A DNA stretch of 63,949 bases, the filler included, from Octopus bimaculoides (taxonomy: Eukaryota), in NCBI RefSeq assembly GCF_001194135.2. It is 6 parts of 6 records of this genome, joined end to end, with 100 filler letters (N's around TTAATTAATTAA, not from the genome) between each part and the next. Parts side by side here need not be neighbours in the genome. Positions count along the whole stretch, not along the records: positions 1 to 12,800 come from NC_068986.1; 5 more parts are not named here. The stretch is one strand, 5' to 3'. Under the pieces are notes generated by a model, which was not told the DNA's origin, did no database searches, and was given only the letters and a program-made list of their open reading frames with translations. Shown here piece by piece: positions 1 through 12,456 of this stretch. Positions within the stretch are counted from its first letter, which is position 1, and each line of letters opens with the position of its first letter. The position numbers were made by a program, and so were the translations under genes.

Positions 1-226
1 GGCACATAAAAGACACCATTTCGAGCGTGGCCGTTTTCGTGCGGGTGACACGTAAAAGCACCCACTACACTGTCTGAGTGGTTGGCGTTAGGAAGGGTAT
101 CCAGCTGTAGAAACTCTGCCAAATCAGACTGGAGCCTGGTGTTGCCATCCGGTTTCACCAGTCCTCAGTCAAATCGTCCAACCCATGCTAGCATGGAAAG
201 CGGACGTTAAACGATGATGATGATGA
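1..226 (+). mobile_element. 3' part of a SINE or RTE-tail repeat (family E) ending in (GAT)n
   Basis: GGTTGGCGTTAGGAAGGGTATCCAGCTGTAGAAAC...CATGCTAGCATGGAAAGCGGACGTTAAACGATGATGATGA; a close second copy lies at 10740-11073. The RTE-type tail assignment is inference. Confidence 0.8.
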
Positions 227-285
227 AGAAAGTCTTGCCATATTTCAGGATGGGAAAGAAACAAATCCTTGTTTGTTTTTATTAA

Positions 286-1307
286 TTCAAGATAATATTT
301 TCCTTCATTATCAATAACATAATTCCAGCTATATGGAAAATTGCTGATCCCTTGGGCATAAAAGTCTTCAGGTTGCAAAACAATGAAATATCCTTTATCA
401 TTTTCAACCTCTTCACACTTAATAACTTGTTATTCCTTTAAATAGTGTTGCAATGATCTGAAAAGATGATAGTGATAGTCAGATGGAGCAAGATCAGAAG
501 AGTAAGGAGAGTGAGGCAAAAGTTTAGGGTCATAATCTTTTCCTGAGTGACTTGAGCAATATGTGGTATTGTATTATTGTGCAAGAGCAACATTCTTTTG
601 TGATTAACCAATGATGGGAACATTTTCTGCAAATATTCATGCAATGCTTCCAACTGATGACAATACCTCTCTGCATTAAATGTTTTATTTTAATTTAACA
701 CTTTATGACGGATGACACCCTTCATATTTGAACATAGAACAACTTTTTCAGGTGTAGTCCTGGTTTGCAGGATGGATTCTCCTTTTTCATTGGGTGTTAA
801 CCAGTGTTATTTTTGTTGGGTATGATAATAACAAATCCATTTCTCATCACATGTGATGATTCTACTCAGGGAGGGTTTAATAACTAGTCTACTTTACATT
901 GACAAGCAGAGGGCAACTCTTTGATTAAGCTGAGAAGCAGTCAGGTGATGAGGGACCCACTTACCAAGTTTAGACATTTTTCTTAATTCATAAAGGTGTT
1001 TTATGATCAAAGTGTGGCTTGAATTGTACTGTTTTGCTAATTCTTGAGCAGTTTGTTTTGGATTTTTCTTGCCTATGGTTTTCAAAAGTCAATATTGACA
1101 GAACTTTGTCATCCAGATCAAAGGGAATTGGTAGGAGAAAACTTTCCCAAGTGAAACTTGTTACACCATTGTTAGACTGTCCAGATGCTTAAAGCATCAT
1201 TTCCATAGATAGAATGAATATTTCTTGCAATTTCCATTGCTGAAGAGCTCCTTTTAAATTCATATAGTATGCAGTGTTTGATATAGACAGATTTGATCTA
1301 AACTCAT
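286..1307 (-). pseudogene. Decayed mariner (DD34D) transposase
   Basis: Minus-strand motifs in order across frames: IKHCILYEFK (N-terminus), GKWVPH, IITCDEKW, LLLHNNTIPH (HDNA-like), PYSSDLAPSDY, FYAQGISNFPYSWNYVIDNEGKY; many stops and frameshifts. Confidence 0.92.
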
Positions 1308-1754
1308 TTTAAAAGAGTAAAATCAATATGAATTTAACCTGGTTCATGGATGATTTTAGCAGAATTCTCAATGTTTTAAACATCCAGATCAGACACTTTC
1401 AATGTACATTTTCCTGGCAAAGTTCAGGCTGGGCAGAGCAGCTGCATTAGCCTCACCAATCTGAGTGGTTCTGCAAAGATCATGGGCCCTGCACTGCTGC
1501 TCCTACCTCCAATGACAAATGAAAAAAATTAAAGAATAAAGGTAACTGAAATATGTTTGCTGTAGTTTAATAAATACTAAACTGATTATAGAGGAAAGTG
1601 GTGTCCATCAAAACCTCCCTATTTCAAGCAAACGACCTGTCTCTATGTTTTTACTTCATAAACTTATTTATACTGGTGGTGAAAGCTCATACACATGCAT
1701 GGAAGTACATATGCATGCTCAGTATCAAACACATGCAATAACTTAACCAACAAG

Positions 1755-2345
1755 TGAGCCTTTGCATGGTTGCTTGACCTGCTATAAATAGCAGCTACAT
1801 CACTCCCCAAATCACACCCATGCATTGAGTAATGTGGTCTTAGGTTTCCTGTACACAAGAAAAAGACAGGACCATCATGGCCAGAATATCTTTGACCATA
1901 GGCCTGCTTGATCACCTACAACTAAACAACAACAAAAGTAGTATACAATATTAACTGAACCAACAAAAAGGTTCTATGTGGTTGCTTATTCTGCTAGAAA
2001 TAGTAACTATATCTGCTTCACATCATATCTTTTTGACTTAAAAAAGTGACATTTTGAAGAATGTGATTTACATACACCATATCAGAAGAAATAAAGAAGG
2101 ATGTTCATAATTGGAATATCTTTTGATCATTTGTTTACTTGATCAGAGCTGACCTGGAGATGAAAAAAAACATCATGCATGACTAATGCAGGAGTGTGGA
2201 TAGTCACTCAGCCTGCATGAAACAGAACCTAAATCCCCCTCATATTTCATCCAACTATCTTGAAAAGAGACAAACCCACTAATAGATAATGTAGCCCTAC
2301 AAGTAACCAAAAGAAGGTGGGCTGGTCATGGCTGACTTAAAGTTA
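1755..2345 (+). repeat. Three diverged tandem copies of a ~190-bp interspersed repeat (family D, GAAATAGCAGC...AAACAAC tail)
   Basis: Recurrent GGTTGCTT..CTGCTA(G/T)AAATAG..CT..ATC and ...GATCA...AAACAAC segments; related copies at about 4240-4420 (-), 15100-15210, 19290-19380 (-) and 30995-31260. Confidence 0.6.
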
Positions 2346-3479
2346 AACAACTACTGTCTCTAATATAAAAATGACATTATATGTCCCAACTCTGCACTTT
2401 CATATTTAATGATTGAAAGGAATTGAATAGAAATATAACTTCATTTGAATTCAAATGTATTGTGGAAATTTTCCATCATTTGCCATGTCTTTCTTGTGTC
2501 AACCATACTATGTGTGTGTACATTCAAAATAAGTGAGCAAGTTATTTACTTGTGCCCTTTTCATTTTGTTTCTAGAATATTGCCTGTGAATACATCATGC
2601 CATGACCATTGTTGCACAAATGAAGGCCTCACAGCAGTGGTCAACACATTTGTATTTCTCTGTATAAGAAGTTTCTTTACTGTTTTTTTTCTCATTTAAC
2701 AAAGGATAGTACATGAAAATTATTTAGTTTTTTGTTTATTTTTCATATTTTCACCAAAATTATCTTTCTTAGTAAATATTATACTGTTTAGTTAATGTTT
2801 AATATTTCCTACAAGTTCTATATTAATACACAACTTATTTTTGTATCTTGTACATCTTCAATGTAAACTAAGTCTATTATGCAACTATCTGTAGTTTATT
2901 CCCCATACACAACCTTAAAATATTAAGTGCCTTACAAAATCTACCTCATTCTTATTTTTTTTGAAAATAGAGTTACTGTGTGGTGAAGAACTTTATGTTG
3001 CAACCACTTGATTTTGTGTTTGATCCATCTGTTCAGCACTTTGAACAAGTATTTTCAACAATAACCTTAGATGATTAATTCTTTGTAAGTGACATTTAGT
3101 AGACAGAAATCATGTGGAAGCTCATCTTATATTAATAAATATTTATATACCTTTCACCCATGTATATCAGTGAAGGATTTAAACATTGGTAAGTGTAAAA
3201 AAACAACAACAAAGTAGCGCTTAATAAATGAAATCCTTTGAAATATTTATTGTGTACTGAGTAAGAGACACTCCCTTGTCACTCACACTGTCAGAAATGG
3301 AATGAACCAGTGATTAGCCTGTTGGCTATCTGTAATCAATATCACTATTTCTTGCACATTGCAGTGTAAAATAAATAAATAATATACCTATATATTTCCA
3401 ATTTTGGCCAGAATCAGGCAGATTTTAATAATTCATATATTTTGCATTTTTCTGACTTGCTTAACTCTTCATCTCACCC

Positions 3480-3765
3480 TTGTCAGTTTTGTTGCCCTTG
3501 CTATTTCCTGCTCTACTACTTGTCTTACCACCCATCTTATTGCCTATCCTCTTACTTGTTTTGTTGCTTCGCCTGCTTGTTCCACTGCTTCTACTATTGG
3601 TTGTCCAATTGCCTGCTCTAACGAATATCCTATTGCCTGTCTTATTGCATGTTCTACTGTTTGTACTGTTTGTTCTCCTGCCTATCCCACTATTCTACTG
3701 CCATTACTGTTGCCTGTTCTTCAGTGTTTCCTACTGGTTGAGCTACACTGTTCTATTACTTATTT
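3480..3765. repeat. Degenerate 12-nt-period minisatellite (consensus close to CTGTTCTACTGC)
   Basis: Successive units TTGTTCCACTGC, TTGTCCAATTGC, ATATCCTATTGC, CTGTCTTATTGC, ATGTTCTACTGT; the minus strand reads as AVEQ-like repeats with stops. Confidence 0.6.
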
Positions 3766-5234
3766 TATGTTTACTCACCTGTCTGTCCTACTTCCAAGAG
3801 TCTGAACCATGAATTGAGAATTTGAATAGTTTTCAAGTTGGTCAAACTTTGAACTGAGGCAGTAAAGTTATATTAAAAGAATAACTTAGAAAAATACTCA
3901 TGGATGGCTGTCACATAAAAATTCATAGTAAAGTAGATGCTAACATATTTGATGCAGTGCTCAAAGACACTATAAGCATTAGTTGTACAATGGTTGAACC
4001 TATAACCATATGATATTCACTCTAGCATCATAAATGCAGAGAAACTGGAACTTGTTTAACTGATATACTTTAAAAGTCCCTCTTGTGTAAAATTTCAGCT
4101 ATTAACTTCTCATCCCTTAATTAAAAGTAAGCTTATTGTTCACATAGAGACAGTTTGGAAGTGTTATGAAGGATATTCAGCAGCATATTGACTGGTTGTG
4201 TAGTAGCTTCTTTCCTTGTTAGTTTATCTCAAATATTGTTAGTTATTTAACCCTAGATCAATCCTGATCAAGCATATTAGCCTATAACCATCCCATCTCC
4301 TTAGAGACATGGGAGAATACATTATCTGATATGTTTATCCTTGTTTAAAACAATGAAGAGTGATTTTAGGGAATTTTGTTGCTATTTCTAACAACTTGAG
4401 TGACTGATTAAAGGCATCTGTGTTAGTTCATTTGAAAGAAGACACATACGGTGGCTTCTTTATCACATCTGCTTTTATGGAGTTAATGAGCATCATACTG
4501 CCAAAACTGCTGTAAATTAAAATCCTTGTGATAGCTATCTCAGTCTCAGACTACAAGCTATAACATAAAATGTTAAGTGTGATGAATATATTCTCTGAAT
4601 GTTTACTGTCAGATGGTGTTAGGATTAAATATTGATTTTAACATATTACTGAGAGAGATGTTTGGATTAATTATCACTTCACAGGAAAGTGAATATAAAT
4701 TATTATCATTATTATCACCACTTGAAGAGGAAGGTGGGAGAATTGAATTTGAGGTGCTGCCCTCTAGTAAATTTTATGTAGGGTGGGAATGAGTGGGGAA
4801 ATTATCATGACTAAATGGGTCTACTCTAAATATGCTGTAGTTTGGCAGCAACAACTAGGAGACAGCACTTGCCTTTGATGTGTCACAGTAATCTGGAGTT
4901 GTGTATGAGTACCTTAGAATTAATCTATGTAGTTGCTTCCTATCCATTTTAGGGATCCTTCCTTGCATTGTTCAATGTTGTTATTGCTATTTATTGTTAT
5001 CAGTTTATTAATGTGTCTTTACTCTTATTATTGACTTCACTCTTTTACTTGAAGTAAATCTCTCACTGTTTCTTGTTCTCTTTTGTATTTCACCTTTGTA
5101 CTGTTCCTAATATCTTGGACAATTGTGGCTGATAAAAGAAATCATTATTGTTATTATTGTGCCAAAATTTGAAAGAATTATTGTTACTATTATTGTTGTT
5201 GCTGCTTTTGATTTATCTCATCATCATCATCAGT

Positions 5235-5438
5235 GAACTGGTAGAATTATTACTGCATCTGACAAAATGCTTAGTGACTTTCCACCTGTCTTTATGAACT
5301 GAGTTAAAATTATGCCAAGGTTGATGCTGCCTTTCTTCCTTTTGGGGTTGATAAAATAAATACTAGTCTACCACTGGGGTTGATGTAATCAATTTATCCC
5401 CTCCCCCAAATTGTTGGCCTTGTGCCAAAATTTGAAAA

Positions 5439-5485
<47 letters not shown>

Positions 5486-5830
5486 ATAATAATAATAATT
5501 CTTAATGCTATAGGTACTAGGCCTGAAATTTGCAAGGTGGGGGAGTCAGTTATATCTCCCTCGGTAACCTCAGTAGGATTTGTGCTCAGAACTTAGAGCT
5601 AGAAGAAATGCTACTAAGCATTTTCTCTAATGTTCTAATGATTTTGCCAACTTGCTGCCTTAATAATGATAATAATCTTTTCTCCTATAGGCACAAGGCC
5701 TGAAATTTGTTGGGAGGGGGCTCGTCAATCATATCGACTCCAGTACTTAATTGGTACTTATTTCATCAACCCCAAAAAGATGAAAAGCAGAGTCAACCTC
5801 AGCATATAAAGCTGGAAGAAATGCTGTCAT
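5235..5830. mobile_element. Cluster of three decayed family A SINE copies (5235-5440 +, 5510-5660 -, 5688-5828 -) with (ATT)n tails
   Basis: Match to the motif chain GGCAGAATCGTTAGC..AAATGCTTAG..GTTCTGAGTTCAAATT..GGGGTCGAT..CCAGT..GGCCTTGTGCC seen in better-preserved copies at 17596 and 30248. Confidence 0.7.
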
Positions 5831-7070
5831 CCCATAAGTTCTGTCCAAATTTTGAATAAAGAAAACAAGTGATCAAATGTTATATTTAATTGAAATTTAA
5901 TCATCAATGTACTTTTCCTGATTATCTATGACTTCCTTCCATCTATTTACAAGCTTTTTAATCCCATCAATGTAAAACTCTTTTGGTTTCAAAGTGAAAA
6001 ACTCCTCCTGGCTTGTGAAAGTTATGTCCCCTAAATGATTCTGTAAACTATGAAACAAATGGTAGTCTGAAGGAGCAAGGTCAGGAGAATAAGGTGGATG
6101 AGGAATTTTTTCCCAACCAATCTCTTCGATCTTCTGTGATGTGATCTTTGCAGTGTGGGGTCACGCATTGTCCTGATGAAACATCACTCCTTTTTGATTC
6201 ACTAAAGCGGGTCTTTTTTCTTCAAAGCTTGGTTCAAACGCTCTTGTTGCTGACAGTAGACTTGAGCATTGGTTGTTGCATTAGGTGGTAACAATTCAAA
6301 GTGAATTACTCCCTTGCAATCTCACTAGATAGAGAGAAGAATCTTTTTCCCATGAAGTTCCCTTCTTGGTTGTGGTTGAGCCTTTTCCCTTTTACCAAGC
6401 CACTGTTTACAACATTTAACATTTCGATAGAAGATCCATTTTTTGTCACCAGTCACAAGTCTGTCTAAAAAGGGTGAAATGAGTTTGCGAGAATGGAGAG
6501 AAGAGCAGATGTCAATTTGGGATTTGCGGTTGCTTTCGGACAATTCATGAGGCACCTATTTTACAAGTTTAGGAAACTTTCCAAGTTGTTGAAGATGACG
6601 ATTAACAATTGTATGGTTTGAACTAAGCTTTATTGCCAATTCTTCAACTGATAATACAGGATTTTCTTCAAGTAATGCCTCAAGGAGATTATCATCAAAC
6701 CCATCTGGACCTCCTGTTCAATCTTCATCTTCAAGGCTGAAGTCCCCACTTCTGAATTTTGCAGACCATCTTCTGCAAGTTCTTTCATTCAAGCATTTTT
6801 TCCTATAAATTAAGTGTATGTTTCAAGTCACTTCGGCTGCAGAGTTTCCTTTTTTGTACTCATAAAGCATTATGTGCCTTAAATGCTCTTTGGATACTTC
6901 CATGTTAGAAAGGGTTTTATCAAAGAAATTTTAATTCTATTATTCTGTAAAATAATATTTAATTAGTTTAAATGTACACAAATGCATAAAAATAATGTCT
7001 AATCCCATTAGACATTGTAAAATACTATTAAATTTCATTCAATTTTAAAAAAAGGTAAAATTGGACAGAA
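5831..7070 (-). mobile_element. Mariner element with decayed transposase (5897-6903) and degenerate TIRs
   Basis: MEVSKEHLRHIMLYEYKKGNSAAE, VTGDKKWIFY, FHQDNA*PH, PHPPYSPDLAPSDYHLF, RWKEVIDNQEKYIDD*; TIR cores TTCTGTCCAAATTTT (5839-5853) and AAAATTGGACAGAA (7057-7070). Confidence 0.93.
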
Positions 7071-10000
7071 AATGCAATTTTAAAGATGTTTATTCACTTG
7101 ACCGGTTTNNNNNNNNNNNNNNNNNNNNNNNNNNNNNNNNNNNNNNNNNNNNNNNNNNNNNNNNNNNNNNNNNNNNNNNNNNNNNNNNNNNNNNNNNNNN
7201 NNNNNNNNNNNNNNNNNNNNNNNNNNNNNNNNNNNNNNNNNNNNNNNNNNNNNNNNNNNNNNNNNNNNNNNNNNNNNNNNNNNNNNNNNNNNNNNNNNNN
7301 NNNNNNNNNNNNNNNNNNNNNNNNNNNNNNNNNNNNNNNNNNNNNNNNNNNNNNNNNNNNNNNNNNNNNNNNNNNNNNNNNNNNNNNNNNNNNNNNNNNN
7401 NNNNNNNNNNNNNNNNNNNNNNNNNNNNNNNNNNNNNNNNNNNNNNNNNNNNNNNNNNNNNNNNNNNNNNNNNNNNNNNNNNNNNNNNNNNNNNNNNNNN
7501 NNNNNNNNNNNNNNNNNNNNNNNNNNNNNNNNNNNNNNNNNNNNNNNNNNNNNNNNNNNNNNNNNNNNNNNNNNNNNNNNNNNNNNNNNAAAATTGTTAC
7601 ACACATAGATACGCACAGCGTAATTTATTATATAAACAATATATGCGTATAAATTACGATTAAACCGGATGAAATATGTCACAGGGAATAACATTTTTAT
7701 GACCGCCCAGCAGTAAACTCTATTCAGCTGAATAGACGTCAGTGATTGGTTGAAATTACAGAAATACAACAACTTTTACATGGAATAACTTGCGAATTCC
7801 TTTTTTTTGTTAAGAAGACTAAGAGTAAAAGATGTTTTATATGACACATTCTATCAGTGTCCCAAGTTTCAAAGTGTTTCGTTAGTGTTTCGTTAAGAAA
7901 ATAGTGGTGCCCCCGTTTTAAAATAGATCCAAGCTTTGTTGTATTGAGTACTGGTTGTCACAAAAGTATTAAAATACATGTATATATTCTTTGATAATAA
8001 TAAGAAAATGTTAAAAACAGTTTAAAAGAGAGTATTCAACAAGAAGTGTTTGGTAGTATATATACTCAGAAGGAGATATATTTAGAGAACCAACCTGTCT
8101 TTTTAACATGTTTTCTCTTTTGTGTGTAGCTATTTTAAGGGACAGTGTGGGAGGCGGGTTGAGGGGAGGAAGAGCAATGTAGAATTAAAAGGAATTTTTT
8201 GTTTCTGGACTAGTCTGTCATGGTTCAGTGATTTTTGTGACTGGTCTTAGAGGTCAGAATGGTGTGAGTGTGAGGGTCTCTGTGCATGTCTCTATGTGTG
8301 TGTATATATACATGTGTTTGTGTGTGTGGGCCGCTTTTGATTGGTCCCAGAGTTTATTGTGGTGGGTGTATATGGGTGTGTGTGTGTTTTATATTTGGTA
8401 GGATGGTGTGTGTATATGTGTGCACGTTTGTGTGTGTATGTATGTGTGTGATTAATATTTGTTAGGGTGTTGCGTGTGCGCATGTGTGTGTATGTGTTTG
8501 TTCGCGTGTGTGTATGTGTGTGTCTGTGGGTGCGTGTGTATGTATGTTTGTGTGTTTTGTGTTGGTGGGGATGTTATGTGTGAGTACAGGAGTGTGTGTG
8601 TGTACGTGAGTGTGTGTGTCTCTGTCTGAGTATGTATGAATTGTTTTAATGGTCCTTGTGGCGTGTGTGTGTGAGAAACTGTATGTGTGTGTGAGAAACT
8701 GTATGTGTGTGTGAGAAACTGTATGTGTGTGTGAGGGTGCATATGTATGTGTGCGCCTATTTATGTGCGTGTATGTGTGTATGTTTGTGTGTTTTGTGTT
8801 GGTGGAGATCTTATGTGTGTGTACGTGAGTATGTGTATGTGTCTCTCTGTCTGAGTATGTTTGTGTTGTTTGAATTGTCCTTGTGGTGTGTGTGTGTGTG
8901 CAACCGTATGCGTGTGTGAGGGTGCATATGTATGTGTGTGTGGGTATGTGTGAGTGTGTATGTGTGTGTTGTATTTATCAGGGGTTCTCTGTGTGTCTGT
9001 GTGTGTTGGGTTTATCCGGGTGGTGTGTATGTGTGAGCATGTACGTTTTGTGTATGTTGGTACTGAGTATGTGTTTGTGTGTGTGTGTATATGTGTGGGT
9101 ATGGTTTATGTAGTTTCCAAGTGTGTGTGTGCGCACTGTAATTGTGAGTGATTGCAGAAACTTACACAATTATATACAAGAACATTCCACTGCTGAATCA
9201 AGACCCACGTCTAAAAAAAGTACTCGCAACCCATGAAATAATAAAAAGCAAAAGACAACCCAAATCCCTAAAAAAACCTACTCACCAATGCAAAATTACC
9301 CAGCACAAACCCACCACCCACCGTCAAAAAATGTTGTCATTCCAACTGCAGGACTTGCATCCACCTTATTGAAGGAACAACATACAAATTCCAGTCGGGA
9401 CACACTTTTGTCATAAAAAATAACTTCACCTGCACATCAAAGAATTTACTTCATGCCATAAGGTGTGAAGGGTGCCACAAAGATTACACAAGGCAAATGA
9501 GACTTCCCCTCAAAGAAAGGATGATAGTCCACCACCAACAATTGAGGGATCTGACCACAAGACAGATACCACTTAGTGAGCACTTAGATCTCTGTGCACA
9601 AGACAAGTCCCCCAAATTCCTAGTTTTCCCACTATACTAATGACCGGACAACACCACTGACCAAACATGAATAAATAGGAAAATAATCTTATTCAAAAAT
9701 ACGGACCACAACTCAACATACTCTAACATACCCCACCAAGTACACACCCAAAACAAACACACCCAGATGTACAAAATCACACACACAAATACAATGCAAA
9801 CCTCCGACGCAAAAACACACACATACATATATACACACACACAATCACAATATCCCCACACTAGAGCACAAACCCACACACATTCCAAGAAAAAACACAT
9901 ACATATATACACTTACAATATGATTCTAGCAACCATAACCAACACTCACACACACATACACACATATGTAAACACATACATGCACACATATGTAAACACG

Positions 10001-10677
10001 TACATACACACACCTACATACCACCCCGACAATTACAAATCACATTCACACACACATATATGTACACAAATGTACACACACACACACACACAAACACAAT
10101 ACGCCCGTTCCCAGTAAAAAATCATACACACACACACTCAAAAGAAAAACACACACACACACACATACACAATACAATCCCAACAATCACAACAAACACT
10201 CACAAACACACATACACACAAGCATGCACACACACAATGACACACCTCCCCAACAAATACAAGTCACATAGACACACTCACACAAACACACCCACACATG
10301 TACACACACACTGCACTAACAATACAAACAAAACTAATCACTCACAGTTACAGTGCGCACACATACATGTGCACACACACACACACTACCGGAAACTACA
10401 TAAACCAAACACTTTTTGTTGAATACTCTCTTTTAAACTGTTTTAAACATTTTCTTATTATTATCAAAGAATGTATATATGTATTTTAATACTTAAACTG
10501 CTTTTAACATTTTCTTATTATTATCAAAGAATGTATATATGTATTTTAATACTTTTGAGACAACCAGTACTTAACACAACAAAGCTTATACAAAGCTTCA
10601 CATTTTACTTTTGACAATCTTTTTTCTAAAAAAGTGAAACCGGTCAAGTGAATAAACATCTTTAAAATTGCATTTTC
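7068..10677 (+). mobile_element. Penelope-like element insertion with inverted terminal segments
   Basis: 7068-7108 is the exact reverse complement of 10637-10677; about 7930-8060 is the reverse complement of about 10406-10590; about 9105-9152 is the reverse complement of about 10336-10406; a central GIY-YIG fragment is present. Confidence 0.75.
9150..9726 (+). pseudogene. Penelope-type GIY-YIG endonuclease C-terminal fragment (frameshifted)
   Basis: IPLLNQDPRLKKVL..IIKSKRQPKSLKK, then KKCCHSNCRTC..FTCTSKNLLHAIRCEGCHKDYTRQ..LKERMIVH..PLSEHLDLC..ENNLIQKYGPQLN: the Cys cluster, decayed GIY/YIG motifs and E..LN terminus typical of PLE endonucleases. Confidence 0.85.
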
Positions 10678-10739
10678 AAACCGTCTTTCATATATATTTC
10701 ATATCTTACAACTTTACATTGTTATATATATATATAGTG

Positions 10740-11073
10740 CTGGTGGCACATAAAACTGTGCAAGTGGCACGTTAAACTGTGCCAGTGACACGTAAAACTG
10801 TGCCAGCGACACGTAAAACTGTGCCAGTGACACGTAAAAAGCACCATTTGAGCATTGTCGATGCCAGTATCACCTAACTGGCCCTCATGCTGGTGGCATG
10901 CAAAAAGAACCCACTACACTCTCAGAGTGGTTGGCGTTAGGAAGGGCATCCAGCTGTAGAAACTTTGCCAGATCAGATTGGAGTCTGGTGCAGCCTTCTG
11001 GCTCGCCAGCCCTCAGTCAAACCATCCAACCCATGCCAGCATGGAAAGCAGATGTTAAACGACGATGATGATA
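10740..11073 (+). mobile_element. Family E SINE or RTE-tail copy with internal ~20-nt tandem repeats
   Basis: About five units of GTGCCAGTGACACGTAAAACT at 10740-10840, followed by the same tail as 1-226. Confidence 0.8.
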
Positions 11074-11892
11074 TNNNNNNNNNNNNNNNNNNNNNNNNNN
11101 NNNNNNNNNNNNNNNNNNNNNNNNNNNNNNNNNNNNNNNNNNNNNNNNNNNNNNNNNNNNNNNNNNNNNNNNNNNNNNNNNNNNNNNNNNNNNNNNNNNN
11201 NNNNNNNNNNNNNNNNNNNNNNNNNNNNNNNNNNNNNNNNNNNNNNNNNNNNNNNNNNNNATATATATATGCACACATCCGCATACCTCTATATCTCAAA
11301 TCATGTTTTGTTTATTTTATGAATCAGTATTTTAGAGCAATGTTTAATATTTTTTCATAATTTCAGTTCATTATAATTGAAAAATGAAATATAACCATCG
11401 AATAGTTCTACATGTATTATTTGAAGAGCCATTTGTGTTAAATGGAGGAATGTATAGAATCTGTGAAGCAATATGAGCTGTTGCAAAGAATGGAATCTGC
11501 CATAACTGTAATCTGGCGGTTTTTCAATTTATTAAGGCTATAGCAAAAAAATGTATGTGTCTGTTTGTGTGTGTGTGTGTGTTTGCAGACAGGGAGAGGT
11601 CGGAAAGGAGAGAGATTATAGAAGATATATAGCTGAGATTTAAGACAACCAACTGATGCCTATCTATAAACTATACTCTCACTTTAGTGCCATAAATCCA
11701 CAAATTTTAAATATCTGTACAATATTAAAATTTATTGCCAACAAGACCATTGCATAGTTTGTGAAAGTGTTCTACCCTACAGGGTAAGTTATAACTTCTA
11801 ATGTCTCTCTCTCTCTCTCTCTCGCTCTCTCTCTGCATAGATAATGCGAGTGGGTTTTGTAGACGGAAACTAAAAGAAACCCATCATATATG

Positions 11893-12260
11893 TTGCTTGC
11901 TTACCAACCACATGGTTCCAGGTTCAGTCCCACTACATGACACTTTGGGCAAGTGTCTTCTACTATAGCCTCGGGCCGATCAAAGTTCTGTGAGTGGATT
12001 TGGTAGACAGAAACTGAAAGAAGCCTGTCGTGTATATATATATGTATATATATATATGTTTGTGTGTCTGTGTTTGTCCACCCACCATTGCTTGACAACC
12101 AATGTTGGTGTGTTTGCATCCCTGTAACTTAGTGGTATGGCAAAAGAGACTGATGGAATAAGTACTGGGCTTACAAAGAATAAGTTTTGGTGTTGATTTG
12201 TTCGACTAAAGGTGGTGCTCCAGCATGGCCACAGTCAAATGACTGAAACAAGTAAAAGAA
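11893..12260 (+). mobile_element. tRNA-derived SINE family B with a central (TA)/(TG) microsatellite
   Basis: CCAACCACATGGTTCCAGGTTCAGTCCC (B-box-like), GGGCAAGTGTCTTCTACTATAGCCTCGGG, GGTGCTCCAGCATGGCC, TGACTGAAACAAGTAAAAGA; more than 10 copies in the window. Confidence 0.85.
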
Positions 12261-12281
12261 TATGATTTTAATTCAGTATTC

Positions 12282-12335
12282 ATCACAACTGTCTGACGAA
12301 CAGGAACATGAAACTCTGAGTAACAGTTCTGTGAT
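12282..12335 (+). ncRNA. Minimal type I hammerhead ribozyme motif (stem II decayed)
   Basis: AACUGU-CUGACGA-ACAGGAACAU-GAAA-CUCUGAG-UA-ACAGUU: 6-bp stem I extended by AUCAC/GUGAU, intact core, quasi-palindromic stem III, GUA cleavage triplet; paralog at 13512. Confidence 0.75.
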
Positions 12336-12456
12336 AATCTTGCAGCTTTAATAAAAAACATATTACTCTACCTTTGGTATTTCAGTATTACTTTTTCCAC
12401 CTTGTTTTGCACTTATGTGCTCACTTGTGTGTATATATGTATGTATATATATATAA

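Noticed and set aside
3404-3812. Plus-strand Cys/Leu-rich ORFs (133 and 110 aa)
   Set aside because: By-products of the 12-nt degenerate repeat.
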